A DNA stretch of 64,000 bases, from contig CBDCDA010000002.1 in the NCBI GenBank assembly GCA_965215335.1, positions 1-64,000 of the forward strand. Direction: 5' to 3'. A program made the position numbers and the translations under genes. The DNA is from an uncultured Candidatus Entotheonella sp. (lineage in GTDB: Bacteria > Tectomicrobia > Entotheonellia > Entotheonellales > Entotheonellaceae). This document shows, one piece after another, positions 30,489 through 39,465 of the stretch; the stretch's first letter is position 1, and every line of letters begins with the position of its first letter. Below the pieces are notes generated by a model. It made no database searches. It had not been told where the DNA came from and saw nothing but the letters and a program-made list of their open reading frames with translations.

Positions 30489-31883
30489 TTACAGCAGGTA
30501 GCCGTACTTGAAGCTCGACCGCTCGATGCGGCGCTTGAGCTGTGTCACCTTCTCGTTTTCTTCCTGGAACGGGTCGTTACACTTCACCCACAGATTCAGC
30601 AGATAGCCGATGCGGATGTAATTCCAATCCAGGTCATAGGGGATACGCTTCTTCTTCGCCAGCTTGATCAGCTCGCCGCGCATCTTGGCCCGCGTGTTCT
30701 GCGGTGGATCCACCATGGCCGTTTCGATGTCGGCATCGGAAACGATACGGTCGACCTGTTCCCGGCGTTCCAGCAGGAAATACAAGCCCTTTGCGCGGCG
30801 AATGTCGTGGTATTGCAGGTCGAGCATCAGCAGCCGGTCGCTGCGCGCCTCGGCGGCCATGCGGGAGCGCTCGCCGTAGGTCTTGAGCAGATGCATCTTG
30901 ATCACCCAGTCGATCTCGCGGTGTAACTGCATGGGTTCTTCGGCGAGCTTGGTGAGCACGTACTCCCATTTCTGCAGGATGTCGGCGGCCAGGGCGCCCA
31001 TCTTGCGGGTGCTGTAATACGCGTGGGCCAACTCGAGATACTGCTTCTGCAACTCCAGGGGTGAATAGCGCTTGCCGTTGTTCAGCGGCACCGACTCGCG
31101 GCAGGTGAGATCGCGCGAGACATCCTTGATGGCCCGTACCGGGTTGCGCAGGGCGAAGCGCGGGGTGATGAAATCATCCTCGATCATCTGCAGCACGATG
31201 GCGGTGGTGCCAACCTTCAGGTACGTGGTGAACTCCGACATGTTGGAATCGCCCACGATGATGTGCAGGCGGCGGTACTTTTCCTTCATGGCGTGCGGTT
31301 CATCGCGGGTATTGATGATGCTGCGCTCGTTGGTCGTGGTGCCGGAAATTTTTTGCCGGATGTGCTGGGCGCGTTGCGAGATGTGAAAGACCGTGCCGCG
31401 GCGGGTACGGAAGACCTTGCCGGAGCCCGTGAAGATCTGTCGGGTGACCAGGAAGGGGATGAGCTGCTCGGCCATGTAGTAGAAATCCGAGGTCCGCTCG
31501 GCGAGGTAGTTCTCGTGGCAACCGTAGGAGTTGCCGACAAAATCGGTGTTGTTCTTGAAAATCGCCAGTTCGCCGGGAAAGCCCTCCTCACGCACCTTGT
31601 TCTGGGCGTGCTGGAGCAGGTTTTCGAGGATGCGGTCACCGGCCTTGTCGTAGATGACCACGTCCTGCGGGCTGGCGCACTCGGGCGTGGCGTATTCGGG
31701 ATGGCAGCCGGTATCGAGGTAGAGACGGGCGCCATTTTCCAGGAAGACGTTCAGGAAGCCCTCGGTCGTGATCAGCTTTTCAAACAGGTAGCGTACGACT
31801 TTTTCGGAGGGAAGGGAGCGCCGTCCGTGCGCCGTGAAGGAGATGCCGAATTCGTTTTCAAGGCCGTAAATACGCTTCTTCAT
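30489..31883 (-). CDS. pafA: Pup--protein ligase
   Basis: RIYGLENEFG, FLENGARLYLDTGCHPEYATPEC, KNNTD, INTRDEPHA, RRLHIIVGDSNMSE, DLQYHDI, TRAKMRG. Confidence 0.94.
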   Translation of the reverse strand: MKKRIYGLENEFGISFTAHGRRSLPSEKVVRYLFEKLITTEGFLNVFLENGARLYLDTGCHPEYATPECASPQDVVIYDKAGDRILENLLQHAQNKVREEGFPGELAIFKNNTDFVGNSYGCHENYLAERTSDFYYMAEQLIPFLVTRQIFTGSGKVFRTRRGTVFHISQRAQHIRQKISGTTTNERSIINTRDEPHAMKEKYRRLHIIVGDSNMSEFTTYLKVGTTAIVLQMIEDDFITPRFALRNPVRAIKDVSRDLTCRESVPLNNGKRYSPLELQKQYLELAHAYYSTRKMGALAADILQKWEYVLTKLAEEPMQLHREIDWVIKMHLLKTYGERSRMAAEARSDRLLMLDLQYHDIRRAKGLYFLLERREQVDRIVSDADIETAMVDPPQNTRAKMRGELIKLAKKKRIPYDLDWNYIRIGYLLNLWVKCNDPFQEENEKVTQLKRRIERSSFKYGYLL

Positions 31884-31890
31884 AGGCGGC

Positions 31891-32592
31891 TCAGGATTCC
31901 TCGCCAACGGTGGCCATGGTCTCGTCAACCTCAGCCGGCGTCATGCGATAAAACTTGCGGCCGGCGCGCTCGCGGTCCAGGATGCCGACCTCCAGGGCGC
32001 TGGCCTCGTCGGGCGGCCGCTCGTAGCCGGCCATGACGCCGCGATGGCTGAGCAGCAGCGCCTCGGGCAGGCTCAGGTCGGCGGCGTAGTGATCCTGCAA
32101 ACAGGCCACGATGCGGTCCGCATGCCCACCGATGACCGCAAACCGTTGCCGGTCGCTGATGGAGCCGTCGAACGACACGTGATACATCTGATTGGCCGCC
32201 GGCGCCTCGCCGACCTCCACCACCAGGATTTCCACTTCCAGCGGCTTCGGGTCGCGCGTAAAGACCGTGCCGACGATGTCGGAATACAGCTTGGCCAGCG
32301 ATTTGGTGGTCACATCGCGGCGGCTGGAGGCATAGCCGGTAATATCGGCGTAGCGGATGCCGATTTTGCGCAAGTTCTCGAATTCGCTGTATTTGCCCAC
32401 ACCGGCGAAGGCGATGCGGTCGTAAATTTCGGAGATCTTGTTCAGCGACGCACTCGGGTTTTCCGTCATCAGCAGCAAGCCGTCGGCGTACTCCATGGCC
32501 ACGATCGACTTGCCCTTGGCAATACCTTTGCGGGCGTACTCGGCCTTGTCCTGCATGACCTGGTCGGGGGAGACGTAAAACGGAGCAGCCAT
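31891..32592 (-). CDS. prcA: 20S proteasome alpha subunit
   Basis: PFYVSPDQVMQDKAEYARKGIAKGKS, KISEIYDRIAFAGVGKYSEFENLR, KPLEVEI, LEVGILDR. Confidence 0.96.
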   Translation of the reverse strand: MAAPFYVSPDQVMQDKAEYARKGIAKGKSIVAMEYADGLLLMTENPSASLNKISEIYDRIAFAGVGKYSEFENLRKIGIRYADITGYASSRRDVTTKSLAKLYSDIVGTVFTRDPKPLEVEILVVEVGEAPAANQMYHVSFDGSISDRQRFAVIGGHADRIVACLQDHYAADLSLPEALLLSHRGVMAGYERPPDEASALEVGILDRERAGRKFYRMTPAEVDETMATVGEES

Positions 32593-32596
32593 GGGC

Positions 32597-33394
32597 TTAG
32601 CCTTTCAGGGCGCTGAGCAGCTTCTCGCTCGCCGCGTGCAATTCCGCGTCGCTCACGTCCGCGGTGCCGTCGAGCGTGATGGTCTTGACCAGCGGATAGA
32701 TGCCCCGGGCCAAATCCGGCCCGCTGGTGCCGACGTCGATGTCAGCGGCGTCCACCAAGGCTGCGAGCGCCAGGGCAATTGCCCCGGTGCGCGCCAGACC
32801 GTCCTCGTACAGCTTGCGCAGGGTGCTGCGAGCCTCTTTCCCCCCGGAGCCGGTGGCGTAGAATCGGCGTTCCTCGTAGCGCCCGCCGGTCACGTCGTAC
32901 TTGAAGATGCGACCCTGTTCGGCGTGGACATCGTAGCCGGCGAAAATTGGCACCACGACCAGCCCCTGAAAGGCGGCAGGGAGGTTCTGTTTGACCATCT
33001 GCGCCAAGCGATTTGCCTTGCCCTCCAACGCCAGCGGGGCGCCTTCAATTTTCTCATAATGCTCCATCTCGACCTGGAACAACTTGGCCATGTCCAGACA
33101 CGGCCCGGCTACCCCAGCCATGGCAACAACAGAGTGGTCGTCGGCGTTGTAGAGCTTTTCGATGCGCCGCGAGGACACCTCGAAGCCCTCGGTGGCCTGC
33201 CGGTCGCCCGCCATCACCACGCCATCGGCAAAGCGCAGCGCCAGGATGGTCGTGGCGAAAGGCGCCGCCTCCAGCAGCCGGGATTCGCCGGCGGGTATCT
33301 GCGGCACATGCTGCAACGGCAGCATGTGCGGAAAATCGTGCCGCAACAGATCGAAGAAGCTCGATCCCTTATAGCTGCCCGACCCCAACGACAC
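32597..33394 (-). CDS. prcB: 20S proteasome beta subunit (47-aa propeptide, Thr1 codon at 33251-33253)
   Basis: SSFFDLL propeptide, TTILAL...GVVMAGDRQAT, EHYEKIEG, GKANRL, TGSGG. Confidence 0.95.
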   Translation of the reverse strand: MSLGSGSYKGSSFFDLLRHDFPHMLPLQHVPQIPAGESRLLEAAPFATTILALRFADGVVMAGDRQATEGFEVSSRRIEKLYNADDHSVVAMAGVAGPCLDMAKLFQVEMEHYEKIEGAPLALEGKANRLAQMVKQNLPAAFQGLVVVPIFAGYDVHAEQGRIFKYDVTGGRYEERRFYATGSGGKEARSTLRKLYEDGLARTGAIALALAALVDAADIDVGTSGPDLARGIYPLVKTITLDGTADVSDAELHAASEKLLSALKG

Positions 33395-33395
33395 C

Positions 33396-33650
33396 TTACT
33401 CTCCCCCTCGCTGCACGTAATTCTTCACGAACTCCTCGGCGTTCTCTTCAAGCACCTCGTCGATTTCGTCAATCAAGGCGTCCAGCTCGTCCTTGAGCTT
33501 GTCGCCCTTCTCCGACAGGTCGCTCGCCGGGGCCGTCGTGCCGTCCGTCTGTGCCTCACTGCGCCGGGCACCGCGTTGCTGCCCACCCTCGGCACAGGTG
33601 ACAACGTCGTACCAACCATTTGTAACTCCAGGGGTTTGTCTGACGATCAT
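33396..33650 (-). CDS. pup: Prokaryotic ubiquitin-like protein Pup (84 aa, C-terminal GGE)
   Basis: LDALIDEIDEVLEENAEEFVKNYVQRGGE C-terminus between dop and prcB; RBS GAAGGAG before the ATG at 33650. Confidence 0.93.
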   Translation of the reverse strand: MIVRQTPGVTNGWYDVVTCAEGGQQRGARRSEAQTDGTTAPASDLSEKGDKLKDELDALIDEIDEVLEENAEEFVKNYVQRGGE

Positions 33651-33682
33651 GAAAACTCCTTCCAGCCCGCCTGAAAGGCGGA

Positions 33683-35170
33683 TTACGTAACGATGTTTTC
33701 TACCAGTTCCGCCGCGGTCTCCGAGCGTTCGAGCAACTGTTGTACGTGCGACTTGGTACCGCGCAGGGGTTCTTCCATCATGATGCGCTTGATAGGTCCG
33801 TCGCCGAGGTTGAACGAGATGGAGTCCCAGTTGACGCCGAAAATCTGGTGCCTGAACTTCTTCAGACACTGGCCGCGGAAATACGCCCGGGTGTCCTCTG
33901 GCGGCTCATCCACGGCCCGCGCGACCTCCGCCTCGCTGAGCATGCGGCGGGCGACGCCGTTACGCTCCAGGATGGCGTACAGGCTCTTGTCCGGGCGAAT
34001 ATCGTGGTATTGCAGGTCCATCATGGCGATGCGCGGATCGTCCCAATCACTGCCGCGGCGTTCGATGTAATTGCGCAACAGGTGCATTTTCATCACCCAG
34101 TCGATTTCGCGGTGCAGGTCCATCGGGTCAGCCGCCAAGCGGTCGAGCACGTGGCCCCACTCGCGCACCACGCCGGGATAGGTAGGGTGGCAATCCGGGT
34201 GTGTTTCGACATATCGTTGTGCCACCTCCCAGAAACAGCGCTGGATGTCGATGGCCGTCATCGTGGTACCGTTGCGCATCGGCAGGTCGAGCTTGCAGGT
34301 GAGGTCGTGCGACACGTCGCGCAGCGCCCGCACCGGGTTGCGCAGGGCCAAGGGCGCCAGCAGGAAACCCTCCTCGATCATCTCCAGCACCAGGAGCGTC
34401 GTGCCCACCTTCAGGTAGGTGGTGTATTCGGACATGTTGGCATCGCCGATGATCACGTGCAGGCGGCGATAGCGGTCGCGGTTGGCGTGGGGTTCGTCGC
34501 GGGTGTTGATGATGGGGCGCCTCACCATCGTGTCGAGGCCCATTTCGGTTTCAAAGAAATCCGCCCGCTGCGAGATCTGGTAGGGCACCGGCTCGGCACC
34601 GTTTTCCGAACCGACCTTGCCGGCGCCGCTGTAGATCTGGCGCGTCACCAGGAACGGCATCAGGTGTTCTGCCAGCACCTGGAAGGGCGTGCGGCGGTCC
34701 AGAAGGTAGTTCTCGTGGTAGCCGTAGCTGCTGCCTTTGCGATCGCTGTTGTTCTTGTAGACGATGATCGTGTGGCCGTTCGGAATGAGTTGATTGGCCC
34801 CCACGCAACTGCGGTTCAGGATGCGCTCCCCGGCCTTCTCGTAGCACAACAGGTCGAAGACGTTCGAGCACTCCGGCGTCGAGTACTCCGGGTGCGCGTG
34901 ATCCACGTAAAACCGCGCGCCGTTGTTCAGGATTTTGTTCAACGCCACGTTGTCCTGCTGGTCGGGGACCTCGCACGTCTCATCGTGTTCAAAGCCGCGC
35001 GCGTCGACCAGCGGCTCTTCCTGATCGTAATCCCACAGCAGCCTCAGCGACTGGTCGGCGTTGTAGCTGTTAACCAGCAACAATGACGTGGCGATCGAAT
35101 CGAAATCCTGGTCGTTCTGCACGGTAAGCCCGAATTCCGTTTCCGACCCGACGATCTTGGGGAGTGCCAT
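33683..35170 (-). CDS. dop: Depupylase / Pup deamidase
   Basis: GSETEFG, WDYDQEEPLVDARGF Dop loop, NGARFYVDHAHPEYSTPEC, SQRADFFE, TRAYFRG. Confidence 0.94.
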   Translation of the reverse strand: MALPKIVGSETEFGLTVQNDQDFDSIATSLLLVNSYNADQSLRLLWDYDQEEPLVDARGFEHDETCEVPDQQDNVALNKILNNGARFYVDHAHPEYSTPECSNVFDLLCYEKAGERILNRSCVGANQLIPNGHTIIVYKNNSDRKGSSYGYHENYLLDRRTPFQVLAEHLMPFLVTRQIYSGAGKVGSENGAEPVPYQISQRADFFETEMGLDTMVRRPIINTRDEPHANRDRYRRLHVIIGDANMSEYTTYLKVGTTLLVLEMIEEGFLLAPLALRNPVRALRDVSHDLTCKLDLPMRNGTTMTAIDIQRCFWEVAQRYVETHPDCHPTYPGVVREWGHVLDRLAADPMDLHREIDWVMKMHLLRNYIERRGSDWDDPRIAMMDLQYHDIRPDKSLYAILERNGVARRMLSEAEVARAVDEPPEDTRAYFRGQCLKKFRHQIFGVNWDSISFNLGDGPIKRIMMEEPLRGTKSHVQQLLERSETAAELVENIVT

Positions 35171-35196
35171 GACGCCTCCACGATGCTTGTTCAGCC

Positions 35197-37023
35197 TCAG
35201 AGATATTGACCCGGCGTGATGTCCTCGACCGGCTGCGTACGCGGCGACGTCGAGCCGATCAAAGTCCGGATGTTGACGATCCTTTCACCCTTGGTGCCGG
35301 AGATGCGCGCCCAATCGTCGGGGTTCGTCGTGTTGGGGAGATCCTCGTTTTCCTTGAATTCCCCCTTGACGGCCTCGATCAGGTCCTCGGTCTTGATCCC
35401 CCTCCCCTGCGTCGCCAAGTGGCGCTTGAGGGCCGTCTTCTTGGCCCGCGCGACGATGTTCTCGATCATGGCACCGCTGGCAAAATCCTTGAAGTAGAAC
35501 ACCTCGCGGTCACCCTTGGCGTACGTCACTTCCAGGAAGCGGTTCTCGTCGCGAGTGCTGTACATGTACTCGCAAGCCTGCTCGATGAGCCACGCCACCG
35601 TCGCCTCCCGGTCGCCGTTCCACTGCCGCGTCACGTCTTCGTGCAACGGCAGGTCGGGTGCCAGGTATTTGGAGAAGATGTCCCTGGCAGCGGCCTTGGC
35701 GGGTCGGTCGACCTTGATCTTGATGTCCAGCCTGCCGGGTCGCAGGACCGCCGGATCGATCAAATCCTGTCGGTTGCTGGCTCCGACAATGATGACGTTT
35801 TCCAGCGATTCCAAACCGTCGAGCTCGGATAGAAACTGCGCCACCACGGTGATTTCCACGTCGGACGAAATGCCCGAGCCGCGCACTCGGAACAGGGCGT
35901 CCATTTCGTCAAAAAACACGATGACCGGGGTTGTTTCGTTGGCCTTTTCGCGCGCCTTCTTGAACACCTCGCGGATTTTGGATTCGGTCTCGCCGACGTA
36001 CTTGTTGAGCAGCTCCGGGCCCTTGATGTTGAGGAAGTAACTGCGCGCCTCGACACCGGTGCGCTCAGACAGCTTCTGCGCCAAGCTATTGGCCACGGCC
36101 TTGGCGATCAACGTCTTGCCGCAACCGGGTGGACCGTACAGCAGCACACCCTTCGGCGGCCGCAGGCGGTGCTCACGAAATTCCTCGGGGTACAAATACG
36201 GCAACTCGATACCGTCACGCAGTTCGCCGATCTGAGCGTCGAGGCCACCGATATCACCGTAGGATACGTCCGGCACTTCTTCGAGGATGACCTCCTCAAC
36301 CTGTGACTTGGGCAGCTTTTCCAGCACGTAGCTGGAGCGAGGCTCCAGAAGCAGATTGTCCCCCACATCCAGATGCACGTCGCGCATGTGCTCGGTCAGC
36401 ATGACCACCCGCTCTTCGTCTGCACGTCCAACCACCAGTGCGCGGCTGTCATCGAGGCGGTCCAGCAGGCGCACCACCTCGCCGCGGTTTTCATACTCGC
36501 TCACTTCAATGATGTTCAGGGATTCGTTCAGAACGAGGAGTTGACCGGGGGAAAAGTCGCAGAATTCCAGCTTGGGGTGAATGTTGACGCGCAGGTGCCG
36601 GCCGTCGAGGTCCAGGTCGATGGTGCCATCCTTGTTGCGCTGCCGGAAGACGCCGTAGCTGTTCGGCGGCATGCAAAGCTTTTCCACCTCTTTCTTCAGG
36701 GTGCCGATGTTCTTCTTCGCCTCCCGAAGCGTGTGCACCAGCTTCTCGTTCTGCCGCCTGCCCTGCCCCAACTGCTCGACGACCTGATGGTATCTGCGCT
36801 TGAGCGCTTCGTAATGACCAAGCGTCTTCTCGAGATGACGCTCGACGTGCTCGGAATTGTGCTCGACGTGCCGAATCTTCTCTCGCAAGTCCTTGATCTC
36901 GATCTCGTATTGGATGAGTTTGCCCCGAACGGAAGCTTGTGAGCGAAGCGTGTCGATGGAGAACCTACGCACCGTGTCGCGAATGGATTTCTTTCCTCCT
37001 GTCTTGCCCGGGAAGTCTTCCAT
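35197..37023 (-). CDS. arc: Proteasome AAA ATPase ARC/Mpa
   Basis: N-terminal coiled coil, OB domains, GPPGCGKT, FFDEMD, LPNTTNPDDWARISG, C-terminal GQYL; RBS GAAGGAGG. Confidence 0.96.
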   Translation of the reverse strand: MEDFPGKTGGKKSIRDTVRRFSIDTLRSQASVRGKLIQYEIEIKDLREKIRHVEHNSEHVERHLEKTLGHYEALKRRYHQVVEQLGQGRRQNEKLVHTLREAKKNIGTLKKEVEKLCMPPNSYGVFRQRNKDGTIDLDLDGRHLRVNIHPKLEFCDFSPGQLLVLNESLNIIEVSEYENRGEVVRLLDRLDDSRALVVGRADEERVVMLTEHMRDVHLDVGDNLLLEPRSSYVLEKLPKSQVEEVILEEVPDVSYGDIGGLDAQIGELRDGIELPYLYPEEFREHRLRPPKGVLLYGPPGCGKTLIAKAVANSLAQKLSERTGVEARSYFLNIKGPELLNKYVGETESKIREVFKKAREKANETTPVIVFFDEMDALFRVRGSGISSDVEITVVAQFLSELDGLESLENVIIVGASNRQDLIDPAVLRPGRLDIKIKVDRPAKAAARDIFSKYLAPDLPLHEDVTRQWNGDREATVAWLIEQACEYMYSTRDENRFLEVTYAKGDREVFYFKDFASGAMIENIVARAKKTALKRHLATQGRGIKTEDLIEAVKGEFKENEDLPNTTNPDDWARISGTKGERIVNIRTLIGSTSPRTQPVEDITPGQYL

Positions 37024-37094
37024 GGAAACCTTCCTCCTTCTCCCATTCAAGCAGCGCTCGGGCAAATCCTTCCACCCTTCCATGTGGGGCGTCC

Positions 37095-37124
37095 AGCGTA
37101 ACATACTTCCCGAAAGAGTGTCAA
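37095..37124 (-). promoter_or_regulatory. Probable sigma70 promoter of the Pup-proteasome operon
   Basis: Minus strand TTGACA-18 nt-TACGCT with extended -10 TG. Confidence 0.5.
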
Positions 37125-37378
37125 GCCTCCAGCTTCTTGTAATATATTGAATCTCTTGAATTTATTGACACGTCGCCCGCTCCTCGACGCGCCGCGAGAT
37201 ACTGCAGCAATTTCCACGGGATGCACGGAGCACCACGCCCGGCGGGGCGATGGGTCCTGCTTGACAAAGCCCGACGCAGCGAAGGATGATTATAGAACTT
37301 AACTCGGTTGGTGCGTGATGCATTCCGAACCACGGCCAGGCGCTTCGAATGGCCGCCGTCCGCTGTCTATGGCGCGTC

Positions 37379-38167
37379 ATGAACAGCTTGTTTTTCCATG
37401 TCGTCCTCCTTGCATACCTGTTGGCTTCGCTCACCTTCTGGTTTCATCTCGGACTTCGCCGGCGCTGGATATACCAGCTTGCCAGCGGGCTGCTGGTGGC
37501 GGGCTTTGTCCTGCAAACCGCCTTGTTGGGCTACCGTCTGTGGACGCAGACGTTCCTTGCCTGGGATGATGTCTACGCTTACCTGGGGCTGCTTTCCTGG
37601 GCGATTGTCGCCGTTTACCTGATCACCGTGTGGCGCTATCCCATCGATGCGCTGGGCGCCTTCATTGTCCCGTTGGCGTTCCTCGCCGCAGCGGTGTCGG
37701 GGGTGCCCGGAATTAGTCCCGCGACGCTGCCCACGGCGTTCCGCAACCTGTGGTTGGGACTTCATGTCTCTATGGCCCTGCTCGGCTACGCGGCGCTGAC
37801 CCTGATGTTTTGCGTCGGTGTAATGTACCTCATGCAGGAAAAACAGCTGAAGTCGAAACGCCCCGGCACCCTGTACCACCGCCTGCCGTCGCTCTCACTG
37901 CTGGATGACCTGAACGGGCGGGCGCTGATCATGGGATTTCCGCTGCTGACCCAAGGCATTGTCACCGGCTCGGTGTGGGCCAAGTATCTGCATGGTTCCT
38001 ATCTGCACTGGAGCCTCACGTCGCTGCCCCTGCTGCTCGCCTGGATGATGTACGCGCTGCTGCTGGCGGGCCGCTTCGCGCTGGGATGGCGGGGCAAGAA
38101 AGCCGCGTTTGCCGCGGTGGGAGGATTTGTCGTGGTGCTCGTCTCCTATTTCGTTCACGCCCTGTGA
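37379..38167 (+). CDS. Cytochrome c assembly (CcsA/HemX-like) membrane protein
   Basis: Multiple TM helices, WLGLHV, QEKQLK, RLPSLSLLD, TGSVWA, GWRGKKAA; directly upstream of hemA. Confidence 0.85.
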   Translation: MNSLFFHVVLLAYLLASLTFWFHLGLRRRWIYQLASGLLVAGFVLQTALLGYRLWTQTFLAWDDVYAYLGLLSWAIVAVYLITVWRYPIDALGAFIVPLAFLAAAVSGVPGISPATLPTAFRNLWLGLHVSMALLGYAALTLMFCVGVMYLMQEKQLKSKRPGTLYHRLPSLSLLDDLNGRALIMGFPLLTQGIVTGSVWAKYLHGSYLHWSLTSLPLLLAWMMYALLLAGRFALGWRGKKAAFAAVGGFVVVLVSYFVHAL

Positions 38168-38196
38168 AGAGAGACGGCTGAGGAGGGTTGCGAAGC

Positions 38197-39465
38197 ATGG
38201 CGATTGCCTTGGTTGGTCTCAACCACACGACCGCGCCGGTGGCCGTTCGGGAGCGCCTGGCGTTTTCCGACGCCGCGCTGGCCGACGCCCTGACGACGTT
38301 CCGGGCACCGGCGGTCGAGGAATTGGTCATCCTGTCGACCTGCAACCGGGTCGAGTTTTACATGCAGGGCCGCGACGTGGCGGCTTGCAACTCGGGCTGC
38401 GAGCGTTTCCTGGCCGCCTATCATGCCATGGCCCGTGAAGATTTTGCCCCCTGCCTCTACTATCTGAGCGAACTGGAGGCGGTGCGGCATTTGTTTCGCG
38501 TCGCCGCCAGCCTGGATTCCATGGTTCTCGGCGAGCCGCAAATCCTCGGCCAGGTGAAATCCGCCTACTACGCCGCCCGCGATGCCGGCAGAACCGGTGC
38601 CATCTTCCACCACCTCTTCGAACGCGCCTTCAACGTCGCCAAGACCGCCCGCAGCGAAACGGGCATCAGCGACCACGCCGTGTCCGTCAGCTACGCCGCG
38701 GTGCAGTTGGCGAAGAAAATCTTCGAGAACTTGCGGCGCCATACCGTCATGGTTCTCGGCGCCGGTGAGACCTCGGAACTGGCCGCGCGCCACTTCGTCC
38801 GGCAGGGGGTGGGCGAGGTCTTCGTGGCCAACCGCACGATGGCACGCGCCGAAAAACTGGCGCAGAGTCTTTCCGCCAAGGCTATCCCTTGGGACGACTT
38901 CCCTGAACACCTGGCGCAAACCGCCATCGTCGTTAGTTCCACCGGCGCCCCGAACCTCATCATCACGCCCGGCATGGTGCAGGAAGCCATGCGGACGCGG
39001 CGTGGACGCCCCATGTTCTTCATCGACATTGCCGTACCGCGCGACGTCGACCCAGCGGTCAACGCGCTGGAAAACGTTTTTCTCTACGACATCGACGGCC
39101 TGGAAAACGTGGTGGCGGCGAACCGCCACGAACGCCAGCAGGAAGCCCTGGCGGCCGAGGACCTGGTCTGGCGGGAAGTACGTCACTTCCGGCAATGGCT
39201 CGCCACCCGCGACGTGGTGCCGACCATCGTGGCGCTGCGGCAACAGGCCGAGGCCACGCGGCTGCGCGAGCTGGGTAAGGCCCTTGCCAAGCTGGGACCG
39301 CATGACGAGCGGCAGCGCCGTGCGATCGAGGCCCTGACGGTGGCGATTACCAACAAATTCCTGCACGCCCCGACAGTGCACCTGAAACGCTGCGCCAGCG
39401 CCGGACAGGCGCAGAACGAGGCACAACTCATCCGCGATCTCTTCGATCTGGACTCCTCGCCGTGA
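38197..39465 (+). CDS. hemA: Glutamyl-tRNA reductase
   Basis: GLNHTTAPVAVRE, LSTCNRVE, SLDSMVLGEPQILGQVK, DIAVPRD. Confidence 0.97.
   Translation: MAIALVGLNHTTAPVAVRERLAFSDAALADALTTFRAPAVEELVILSTCNRVEFYMQGRDVAACNSGCERFLAAYHAMAREDFAPCLYYLSELEAVRHLFRVAASLDSMVLGEPQILGQVKSAYYAARDAGRTGAIFHHLFERAFNVAKTARSETGISDHAVSVSYAAVQLAKKIFENLRRHTVMVLGAGETSELAARHFVRQGVGEVFVANRTMARAEKLAQSLSAKAIPWDDFPEHLAQTAIVVSSTGAPNLIITPGMVQEAMRTRRGRPMFFIDIAVPRDVDPAVNALENVFLYDIDGLENVVAANRHERQQEALAAEDLVWREVRHFRQWLATRDVVPTIVALRQQAEATRLRELGKALAKLGPHDERQRRAIEALTVAITNKFLHAPTVHLKRCASAGQAQNEAQLIRDLFDLDSSP

Noticed and set aside
30489..30510. PafA C-terminus KYGYLL as a proteasome-docking HbYX motif
   Set aside because: Tyr is third from the end, not penultimate, so it does not fit HbYX/GQYL
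33651..33869. 157-aa version of Pup in the ORF track
   Set aside because: The upstream part overlaps dop in another frame; the RBS supports the start at 33650
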